Assembly (NCBI GenBank): GCA_964016885.1
Contig: OZ024740.1
Span: 377,022,001-377,086,000, forward strand
Direction: 5' to 3'
DNA: 64,000 bases
From: Eledone cirrhosa
Lineage: Eukaryota
The translations under genes and the position numbers were made by a program. Shown piece by piece: positions 1 through 10,316 of this stretch. Every line of letters starts with the position of its first letter. Positions within the stretch are counted from its first letter, which is position 1. The notes under the pieces are model-generated. The model saw only the letters and a program-made list of their open reading frames with translations. It had not been told where the DNA came from and made no database searches.

Positions 1-94
1 TATGTGCATGTATGTATATGTATATATACATACTACTGTACGTCTATATACATATGTGTATGTACGTATACATACTTATATATATATATATATA

Positions 95-2316
95 TACAAG
101 CAAATTATAAACGTAAACATGTAAGTATGTTTTTGAAACGGTGCGCGAGTTTGAAATTAGAAATTAGAAATGCAGATATGAAGAAATGCAGGTGTTCCAA
201 TAACAATTTCCTTCTTTTTAACAAAACCAATAATGTTTACGAAGTCGACAACACTACTTACAGCCACTTGGCTCATAACGTTATTACCTCTAAATATAAG
301 AAGGCTAACCCTATGGCCTACTAGGACATCAATACAGAGGCCAAAGACCTTGCGGCCGCCCTTAGGGTGAGTAAGAAGCTACAATGTTTAGCTAAGAGGG
401 AGGCGTTCCTCACCCTGAAAGATCACAAGGTATCTTCCCCACGTGTAGACTACTAAACGCGGCACGCACGGATATGGGACTAGTCAGTAAGGCCATAATT
501 AGAAACATAGTTAAGACCATTAGGACCAAGTCCAACCTGCCCCAGTGGGAGAACAGCGACTTCGTCATTAAGTGGTTTAACTCCTTCAAATCCAAAAAAA
601 CGAAGTTCACGCAATTCGACATTGTAGATTTTTACCCGTCGATTTCAGAGACCCTGTTAAACAAAGCGTTGTACTTAGCTACCACTTACACTACCGTCCA
701 TGTTTTAGACAGGGAAATCATCGCTCACTGCCGGAAAACCCTCCTCTTCAACAACGGCGTAGCCTGGGCAAAGAAGTCAACCATTTCAGAACTATTCGAC
801 GTCTCCATGGGATCGTTTGATAGCGCTGACGTATGCGACTTGGTTGGCCTATTTATTTTAGACATATTGCGTGTTAGATTCCCCGACTTCCACACGGGAC
901 TATACCGCGACGATGGCTTCACCTTATCGAGCCATAAAAGTGGTCACGACCTCGATCTGTTTAAAAAAGACCTAAATTCTACCTCTGAAAGATCACAAGG
1001 TATCTTCCCCACGTGTAGACTACTAAACGCGGCACGCACGGATATGTGACTAGTCAGTAAGGCCATACTTAGAAACATAGTTAAGACCATTAGGACCAAG
1101 TCCAACCTGCCCCAGTGGGACAACAGCGTAGATTTCTTAGACATTAATTTAGACCTTCGCACACACACACACCTACAGACCCTTCCATAAGCTTAACGCA
1201 AAACTCAATTACATTCATAAGGACTCATGCCACCCTCCCACTGTTTTTAGAAACTTCGTAAATAATATCAGTACTAGAATCTCTAACCTCTCTTCTAATA
1301 AGGCTATCTAACACGGCGTTAGCTAACAGTGGCTTATCGCAACCTATCACTTACCCACCCACTAACAACAACAGCACTAAGAAAAGAAAGCGTAACAATA
1401 GACAAACTATCTGGTTCTCTCCTCCTTTCTCACTCAACGTTAAAACTAATGTCGGAAAATCCTTTTTAGCCCTCTTAGATAGACACTTTCCCATAGGTCA
1501 CAAATACCTCTCTATCTTTAACAGACACAAAGTAAAACTAGGGTACTCCTGCGCTAGGAATATGAAGGCCCACATCACCAACAGCCCTAAGAGCAACACC
1601 CTACCCGGGTGCTCTTGCCGAAAGCCTGAAGCTTATCCTCTTCAACAGCAATGCAACACACCCGCTGTAGTTTATGAAGCTGTGTTCACTTCCAACCGAC
1701 CAAATCAACCACAGGAAGTCAAATCCTATGTGGGTATGGCGGAGGGCCGATTTAAGGAACGCTTCCTGAACCATCAGTCGACCTTTATGTACCCGGACAA
1801 ACGATCATCCACGAAACTCACGAGCCACGTATGGTCCCTCAATGGAATGCAATCACTAAATCCAAGCCATACGCAAGGGGTAATCCGTCTTGTGGACTAT
1901 GTATTGATGAACGGATAAATATTCTAAAGCGATTACGCAATAGCGATTGCCTAAACTCAAGAAATGAATTCTTCACACCGTGTCCACATGTCTAGAAACA
2001 CCTCTTACATAACTACAAAGCTCCGGATTGAATAACAACATCCAAATTTTCTTATCAACTAGAACCTTTCGGACTTTCGCAGTTATCTCCCTTACACCTC
2101 TCGCACGCACTTTTGTAGTGACTGTTTCTGCGCATGCACGTTCATACGGTTGTCCTTCCTGTTCCGTATAAATATGTCCATTACGAGCTGAGGATCCACT
2201 AAGGTAAAACAATTGTTCTCGGTATGGTGAACTAACTGTTGTGTTACAACATCTACCTAACTCATCCCATGGACTGAGTGCTCTACCACTACAGATATTA
2301 CCTTCCAGTGTTCTAC
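95..2316 (+). mobile_element. Penelope-like retroelement (Naiad-like), degenerate: RT + C-terminal GIY-YIG endonuclease + 3' terminal region
   Basis: ORF 474-1049 has PLE RT motifs FTQFDIVDFYPSI, SMGSFDSADVCDLVGL and LYRDDG. Downstream frames read VDFLDINLDL, WFSPPFSLNVKTNVGKSF and IFNRHKVKLGYSC. ORF 1562-1918 has CSCR..C, VVYEA and YVGMAEGRFKERFLNH (GIY-YIG), followed in another frame by CGLC..LNSRNEF..CPH. Stops and frameshifts are present. The clade call is from recalled motif style. Confidence 0.85.
2184..2221 (+). ncRNA. Minimal type I hammerhead ribozyme-like motif (core G12 mutated) in the PLE 3' region
   Basis: cgag-CTGAGGA-tcc-actaa-ggt-AAAAC-aatt-GTT-ctcg: stem I cgag/ctcg, stem II cc/gg, palindromic stem III aacaattgtt. 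A2206 sits where GAAA needs G. Confidence 0.55.
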
Positions 2317-2389
<73 letters not shown>

Positions 2390-2396
2390 TATATAG

Positions 2397-2463
<67 letters not shown>
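2317..2463. repeat. (CT)n/(TA)n compound microsatellite
   Basis: Direct reading. Confidence 0.95.
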
Positions 2464-2465
<2 letters not shown>

Positions 2466-2535
2466 AAAAGAGTCAGGACACCGACGGCTGAGCTCCGGCC
2501 GTTTCGACAGCTATTTCTGAACTCTACTACCCATC
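2464..2535. repeat. Dispersed repeat, probably a Penelope pLTR-type fragment (related copies at ~24165-24292 and ~63278-63455)
   Basis: Shared core gctgagctc..ccgtttcgacagcta and (g)tagtagagt; all copies abut (TA)n. Confidence 0.55.
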
Positions 2536-2829
2536 GTCTAAAAGTTGAAATATTGTGGTACAATCTCTGTTAAAACTTTTCACTAGACCTAAATGTATTT
2601 CTGTCCACCGCTTGGTTGATATTAACCGGTGTAATGGGCAGTTGTCCTTTTTCAGGCGTGATCATCCGTCTTCCTCGTCGGGCTCATGTCATGCTGTTAT
2701 CATTGGTGTCATGGTTTCATGGAAGGTGAACATGAATAATTTCAATTTTAAATAATTATTAGCAGAATTTTTTAATGGCGTCATATCTAACTTCATTTCA
2801 ATTTCAGCAGAGAAATATATAAAAATAAT

Positions 2830-3021
2830 GATTTTTGATCTAGGCACAGGGCCAACAATTCCGGGTAAGTTGAAAATCGAGTAAATCAACCCGATTGTGT
2901 TACTGGTACATAAGGATGAAAAGCAAAGCTAACCTCGGAAAGATTTGAACTCAGAAAGTAAGCAACTATATGCCACAAAGAATGTTGTCCGACGCTCTAC
3001 TGAAACTGCCAATCCACTGTC
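2830..3021 (-). mobile_element. tRNA-derived SINE (family S1), diverged copy
   Basis: Reverse complement has a TGGCAGT A-box-like head, GAGTTCAAAT B box, tttcatcctta core and ggccctgtgcctagatcaaaaatcattatt tail. Confidence 0.8.
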
Positions 3022-3079
3022 CTTTCCAGAGTAATGACGATATACATATAAATGACATATGAATATAATACATAAATGA

Positions 3080-3350
3080 AGGCGCATGGCTTAGTGCAAC
3101 CCAGATGTTGTGTTGTGTCCTTGAACAAGACACTTTAGTTTATGTTTCTCCAGTTTACTCTGCTGTAGAAACAGTATCGGCCATTGCCTTTCCCTTGGAC
3201 AACATCGGTGGAGTGGTGAGGGGAGACCTATATGCTTGGGCGATTGCCTGTCTTCCACAAACAACCTTGCACAGACTTGTTCCTCGGAGGATAACTTCCT
3301 AGGTGCAAATCTCATGGTCATTCGTGACCAAAGGGGGTCTTTACCCTTTA
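3080..3350 (+). mobile_element. Second SINE family (tRNA-like head, CORE/V-like central motif)
   Basis: ggcgcatggcttagtg head, gttgtgtccttgaacaagacacttt central motif, ends tttacccttta. Confidence 0.6.
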
Positions 3351-3821
3351 CATAAATAATGATGGAATATATAAAAATAATTGTTTCTACATTAGGCACA
3401 AGGCCAGCAGTTACCCAGTGCATTACTAAAAATAATGATGACTTAACTATCAAGGTAGATAGAAAATGGAAATAACGATCATATTAAATGTATTTAGTAA
3501 CCAATAAAAGCTATATTAAAGAATGCATTGGTTTCAGAAAACACAGAGATAACATTTTTGTAAATATAATTAAGTTTACATTTTTCTTTCTCAGAAAATG
3601 ATTAGATTTACAGGATATAAAATAGCAGTTGGTTGAATACATATTTTGTTGATAGTCGAAATGTATAAATATATTTTACATTTATTAAAATATTGTTTTA
3701 ATTTCTAAAATATAAAAATTTAATTCTTTAATTTTTTTAATGATAATGTAATTGATAATGCAGAGGAAATATTAGTGTAAACTTCAAATGAATACAGGTT
3801 TATTCAGAGGGGATGTGTAAC

Positions 3822-4330
3822 CATACATACATACATGGTGGCTGCCAACTCGTTTTCGAGTACGGCCACTACGTTATATCCATGTAGGAGAACCCCTACC
3901 GATGCGTTGAACGAGTGTGACTTTTTAGTCCAGCCAGGGACTTGAACACTCTGGTACAAACACTACACTTGTGACAATTATTGACACATAGTGCGGGGCC
4001 CATGGTACCATGTGAGGACAAGTGCAGAGAGATCTCCAGATATAAAGCAATGCCTGTGCCATGAAGCTTTTATAGTGAGCAAAGGCACTGCACAAAGCCA
4101 GTCCCACTCTCTTAACCAAGATGATATTTACCAAAAAGAAGAACAAGTCAACATCATTGGATACCATCAGGGTTGCAGGTGTTATATCAGAGTTTTCCTT
4201 CTCCTAGAATTCTGCCTTGACAAAGGTTATGGGGTCATCTCTCCCGGTGATTTTGGATGGCAATTGACTCTTAAGAGCTCCTTTGCCCTTTGACAGGTTT
4301 TGTTTTTAGTCCTGCAGGATGTCTAAAGTC
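3822..4330 (-). mobile_element. RTE-clade LINE 3' fragment with C2H2 finger and (TATG)n tail
   Basis: Minus strand near 3975-3900 reads CHKCSVCTRVFKSLAGLKSHTRSTH, matching the last finger of the RTE at 5478. The 3' UTR ends ggcagccaccatgtatgtatg; a similar 3' end lies at 4418-4480. Confidence 0.65.
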
Positions 4331-4510
4331 ACCCTCTTCACCAAGAAACCTTGGTGGGGTTCACCAAGAAACCTTGGTGAGGTTGCCAGTTTAGTCGCCA
4401 ACGACCCGACCATGAGACATACATACATACATACATACATGATGGCTGCCTCCTCGTTATCGAGTATCGCCATTGCACGAGAAAAAAAAAAAATATATAT
4501 ATATATATAT

Positions 4511-5312
4511 ATGCGGCTGGACTGCCGACCGCTATGTCTGATTTGCTAAGCTGTCTGAACGTAATGTTATTGGGGTCTTTCCTCATCTGAGTGCTCAAGC
4601 TACAGACCGATTATGCATATACGCTAGCTTGGCGTATTCTAAAGCTTCGTCAATGCTGTACTAAAATTTATATTTACTCCTAGAATTAACGATTAACTGA
4701 TTAATTTAATTAGATGATTCTATTGATTGATTAATTGTTTAAGTTTGTTTGATAACTTCTGGTTGAGTGCTTTATTCGGTTTGTCTAAAGGGATTCATTC
4801 CTTTATCTCAAATTAGAATTCACCACCTAAGCGGGGGTTACCTCCCTTGGAGTAAACCACGTGTCTGTGGCGACATTTAAAGCTACAACATACCCGCTCA
4901 GGCTAAGAACGAAAGACTTGCTGAAGAAGTAAATCCTATGTTCTGTCGTCAAAAACCATTATATTGCAGACTCCCGCAATAGGTATTTGTCGATCTTGGA
5001 TTTGCAGTAACTTAGCGCTGATGTTGGATGCTATATGTGATCTATATTGTTGATATACGATGTAAGTTATATATTTGGCACTCAGCCTCACCGCTGTGTC
5101 CGGGTCAATATAAAATATTTTCCTGGGTCCTGTATTTTCGTTGCTCTAGTGATGCGGCTGGACTGCCGACCGCTATATCTGATTTGCTAAGCTGTCTGAA
5201 CGTAATGTTATTACTCTGGGGTCTTTCCTCATCTGAGTGCTGAAGCTACAGACCGATTATGCATATATGCTAGCTTGGTCGTATTCTAAAGCTTCGTCAA
5301 TGCTGTACTAAA

Positions 5313-5320
<8 letters not shown>
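4511..5320. repeat. ~810 bp non-coding unit bounded by ~165 bp direct repeats (4511-4673, 5152-5320), flanked by (TA)n
   Basis: atgcggctggactgccgaccgcta...aatgctgtactaaaatttatat occurs twice with few differences. Confidence 0.8.
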
Positions 5321-5359
<39 letters not shown>

Positions 5360-5469
5360 TAACAATAATAATAATTATAACAACAATAATAATAACGACA
5401 ACAACAACAATAATAATATACATATATATATACACACACACACGCACACACATATCTATACACACACAC

Positions 5470-8426
5470 GTTAGCAACTAACAGCGCTGCGATCGAATGT
5501 GGCTTTTTAACCCAGCCAATGATCTAAAATGTCTTGCACAGAGTCGGCAACCAAAACATTCACTGGGAATAGCCGGCTGTGGTTGGAGTTCATGTACTTT
5601 TGCATGTCGCTTGAGCCCTCCTGCTGATTTACATTCTCTCCCACATGCTTGGCAAGCATGATGAGTAGCATCTCCAACAGCAGCCTGATAGTCAACCACT
5701 GCTCTTACTTTATGACTGCGAAGATGACTTTCGAGTCCAGCTTTGCTGAGGCAGAGTCTCGCACAGACGCTGCATGTCAGCACGATAAGAGGACCCTCGC
5801 CGTCTGGAAGTGCAACAGCAATGCCCTTCCTCACATCCCGCTTTACTTTCTCGTATGCGATTCGAGATGCCTCAAAGGCTACTTTTCCCTCATATACAGT
5901 ATTTCTCCATTTATTACGATCAGCAGCAATATTTTCCCATGTATCAGCAGAGATGTTAGCGTCTTTCAAAGAGGCTTTCAAGGAATCCTTATACCTCTTT
6001 TTTGGTTTATGTGGCGGTCGTTTTCCTTTAACTAACTCTCCATAAAAGAGTTGTTTTGGTATTCTAGAATCCTTCATCCTGGCAAGATGACCACTCCAAC
6101 GGAGTCGTTGCTTAAGCACAAAAGCTTCTATACTGTCACATAGAGAGCTTTCAAAAATCTCGACATCACTGATGTGGTCCCTCCAGTGAACGCCATGGAT
6201 CCGTCTGATACACATCTGATGGAAACGCTCCAATTGCTTAAGGTGGTGTCGATATGTGACCCAGGTTTCGCAGGCATAAAGAAGACAAGAGAGCACACAT
6301 GCCTTGTAGACCTTTACGTTTGTCCTCTTGCATATGTCTCGCCGACCCCGGAGTCGCCTTTTTAGCTTTCCGAAAGCATCACTTGCTTTCCTAATCGTAA
6401 GTGAGATTTCACTATCAAGGTTGCTGTATCGATTGACAGTGCTTCCTAGGTAGACAACCTGATCAACCACTCCAAGTCGTTTACCATACACATAGATATT
6501 TGGTTCAGTGTACTGCTTACCAGGGGCAGGTTGGTACATGACGACGGTTTTCTTGAGACTGACAGTCCTAGGGCAGTGCAAGCATCAGAAAATGCATTCA
6601 AAATGTGCTGCATATCACTCTCTGTGTGCGCTACAAAATCGCAATCATCTGCATACAAGAGGTCTCTTATAATTGATGTAAATACTTTTGTCTTTGCAGC
6701 AAAGCGCCTGATGTTAAATATGCTGCCTGAGGTTCGATATCGGATGTAAACGCCATGCTCGCAATTCCTGAATGCAATACAGAAAACCATTGCAAAGTCT
6801 ATGGCAAACAGGGTCGGTGCTGGAATATCCCCCTGTTTCACTCCATTTTTTACTGAGATAGGCTCCGACATTTTACCTCCGACATTAACCCAAGCCTTCA
6901 TGTTGTCATGGAAAGACCTAACTAAAGCAAGGAATTATCAGGGCAACCAAGTTTCTGGAGGACCTCCCATAATGCATCTGTTAACAGTATCGAAAGCTTT
7001 TGTCAGATCGACAAAAACCTGATACAGATCCAAACCTTGTTCCATGCATTTCTTCTGGAGCTGTCTAGCTGAGAAGATCATATCAGTAGTGCTGCATCCA
7101 GCACGAAAACCGGATTGACTTTCAGGAAGAACACAATCTGAAATGTGTGTCAGCAGACGATCCAGAAGCACCCTACATAACACTTTCCCTACGACGGAAA
7201 GCAATGATATACCTCTGTAGTTCCCACAATCATTCCTGTTACCCTTTCCCTTATACAAGACCACCATTACTGCATCTCTTCAGTCCTCAGGTACGGATTC
7301 ATTAGCCCATATCCTACCAAACAAAGAGTGAAGATGTTGCAGGTGTCTCTAACCACCATATTGTAGGAGCTCAGCATATATGCCATCCATACCTGGAGAC
7401 TTTCCACTGTTCAGCTTTGAGATAGCCACTGCAACATCCACAAGCGTCGGAGGTTCTGCGAGAGCTACTTTCACAGGACTTTCTGGAATGAGATTGAGGA
7501 AATCTTCACTGACGACAGACGGTTGATTCAAAATATCATCAAAGTGCTCTCGCCACCTTTGTAGAATTCCTTGTGAGTCACGAAGACGTTATTTGCCATC
7601 CTTGCTGCGCAGCGGTGTCACCAGAAAAGAAGACGGCCCATAAATCTCACGCAAAGAGACTTACAACAGCTTTGTGTTATTGGAATCTGGCGCAGTTTGT
7701 ATCTCACCAGCCTTCTCACTCCACCACTGATACTTCATCTGAGAAAGACTCCGCCTAACACGTGATTTTACATCCTTGAGTTCCTCATACAACGTATTCC
7801 TCTCCTGTGGTTTTGCCGTCAAGTAGCGTGACAGAGCACGCCTCTTATCAGCCAACAAGTCTTCTATATGTACATCATTCTCATTAAACCTGTCCTGATG
7901 TTTTCTCTGCACCTATCCCAGAACACGCCTGCCTACATCATAAACTGACTTTTTAAGGGTCGGCAATCCTCACCAAGATCTGCAGCCTGCATCTCTTCTT
8001 CCAATGTCCTCTTTACATTTTTATCCTTAAGATGAGCAGCATTCAATCTTTTGGGCAGGGTAACACCAGGAGCCCGGATTTTACGTTTAGTGATTAGTTT
8101 CACTTTTGCGCGTACCAGGAGGTGGTCCGTCCAGCACTCAGCTGCACGAAGAGCACGAACACACTGCACATCCTGTCTGTCACGCATCCTGACTAGGACG
8201 TAGTCCAAAATATGCCATTCCTTAGGTGCAGGATGCATCCATGTGGTCTTGAATTTGTTCTTTTTTTGGAACATGGTGTTGGTAACACACAGATCCAGCT
8301 CCTCACACATATGCAGCAGGAGCATACCATTGTTGTTACACTTTCCCACCCCATGCCTTGCGATTACATTCCATGTGTTAAAATCCCTACCCACTTTAGC
8401 ATTAAAGTCACCAAGCACGGTGATGT
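5470..8426 (-). mobile_element. RTE-clade LINE, 3' portion (APE C-half, RT, three C2H2 fingers), degenerate
   Basis: VLGDFNAKVG, TWMHP..WHILDYVLVR, WTDH (APE); GKSPGMDG, YRGISLLS, QSGFRAG, FVDLTKAFDTV, GVKQG, LLYADD (RT); RLRWSGHLARM..RIPKQLFYGEL; three CxxC-x12-H fingers. Many stops and frameshifts. Confidence 0.92.
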
Positions 8427-9226
8427 GAAGGGAGCTTATAGATAGGACAACACACGCTGTCTTTTCGTGGGGTAGTTTTTAATTAATTTTTGTATTCTGA
8501 AACATCAAAATACAACAATTTTTTGGTCACTGGATTCGGGAATGTCACGATAGAAGTTTGTGGAAGTTACACAAATATTTTCGTATATTTTACTAGAGCA
8601 ATCCTTACTTATATTTTACATTTTACATTTTACATTTACTTACATCTCAACAGAACATGACTAAAATTCAAATTTTGCAAAGACAAGAAAACGGACAAAT
8701 GAACTAGATACATCTCACTGTCCCCCGCCACCACAATAACGTCTACACTCTCTCCCCACCATCACATTTACATTTACACATGTCATTACCCTATCTAGAC
8801 TAAAGTTACCGACCTGTTGTCAAACTCTCTACACTGTGTTGAATGTGTGCGTGTATATATATATATATATGTGTATGTATATGTGTGTATATACATCATT
8901 CAGTCAAACGACAAGATTTCAACCCCAACATCTACAACAACACCGGCACTAATGTTTACAGCAACAACAGCTTCAGAATGAATTGAAATGAACATTTACA
9001 ACAACAGCGGCATCAAACCATAAAAAAAAACTAAAAAAAAAACTAACAAACAAAAAAAACTCAAAATAACAAAACACACACGCACACAACACAACAACAA
9101 CATCAGTGCACATACAAGTGCACATACATTGATTTCTGAAAAGGACACTCAAAAAGATTGGGGCCTTGAGCCCAAAATTTAAACTTTTAATAATTATCAA
9201 ACAAAACAAAATTTCTTTGAAAAATC

Positions 9227-10277
9227 ATGGCCGACTCACAGCTGGACCCAGTAGCTGAGAGCCTTCCTCACAAACTAACACCTCACACTGACCCCACCAT
9301 TGTAAATATTACTAAGTTTGCCAACACTAAAAATATAAGCAGTAGCAATATTTTAAATTTGACTCAGGCAGACATTCATTTCCCGCCATTACCAATGACT
9401 GCAGGTGTTAAAGCTGCCACCCCCACCACCACCACAGCGACAACAGAAACAAAAGAAAAAAATAAATTAACTCGTGATATCGAAATGAATTTAACCAAAA
9501 TGAACTCTTCCACACCGAACACCACTGACGCCACCACCACCACAACTGAAACTAAAATTAACAATAACAAAAATAACGATAACAACAACAGCAACAATGA
9601 AATTAAGAAAACCACCCTGAGTTTTGCCAGAGTAGCAAAACAGTGCGAAGCATTCCAGGTAACTCAGGAGGAATTAGAAGAAGCCAAAAATATTGTAAAG
9701 AAAGATGGGTACAGGGTCAGCCCCCCCCCCCCCCCCTGGGATGGAGCTCCTGATCCAAGCGGACCAAAAAAGCATTGAGGAGATCCCAGAGATAATAGAC
9801 CTCACTTTCGGCAGCCACCTCACCGTAATCGTCGAGGGCAGAAGGCCTAGGTGTGTCGTATGTGGTGAAGGAACCCACCTAAGAGCTTTCTGCCCTCAGG
9901 CTAAAAAGTTGAGGCCACCTCTCTTACCCACCCCAGTGACTCAACCATCAACACCACCAGCAGCAGAGATGGCAGCAACAACTGTAGCAGCAACAACTGT
10001 AGCAGCAACAACAAAAGCAACTGTAACAGCAACAACCCCAGCAACAGTAGAAAAACCAACACCACTACCACCCAACGCGCCAGAACTAGCCCCAGCGCCA
10101 CACATACAAATCACTCGCATCACACAGAAAACGTACACGACACTAAAACAAAAATTCCCCAAAGACATCAGAGACTTCCGACAAGCACTCTCCAGGGGAT
10201 TTATAAGGACATCCTTCCAGAGGAGGCCACAAGCAGTGAAAAGGATGGAGAAACCATCCTTCCTCTACGAGAAGTAA
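9227..10277 (+). pseudogene. Tx1 copy A ORF1 (gag-like, CCHC knuckle), internally deleted
   Basis: Thr/Asn-rich N-terminus, CVVCGEGTHLRAFC zinc knuckle. Deletions relative to copy B at the poly-C (~9721-9736) and near 10097. Confidence 0.8.
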
Positions 10278-10316
10278 GGTAAGTGGTCTTTCCTATCTTT
10301 TCCACTCCATTTCAAC

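Noticed and set aside
1562-1995. Selenoprotein-type Naiad element
   Set aside because: The Cys motifs I could read in the endonuclease region use TGT/TGC, not TGA.
1973-2563. ORFs with [12 protein letters not shown] or HTYI runs (also 14501-15040, 28970-29398)
   Set aside because: Translations of microsatellites.
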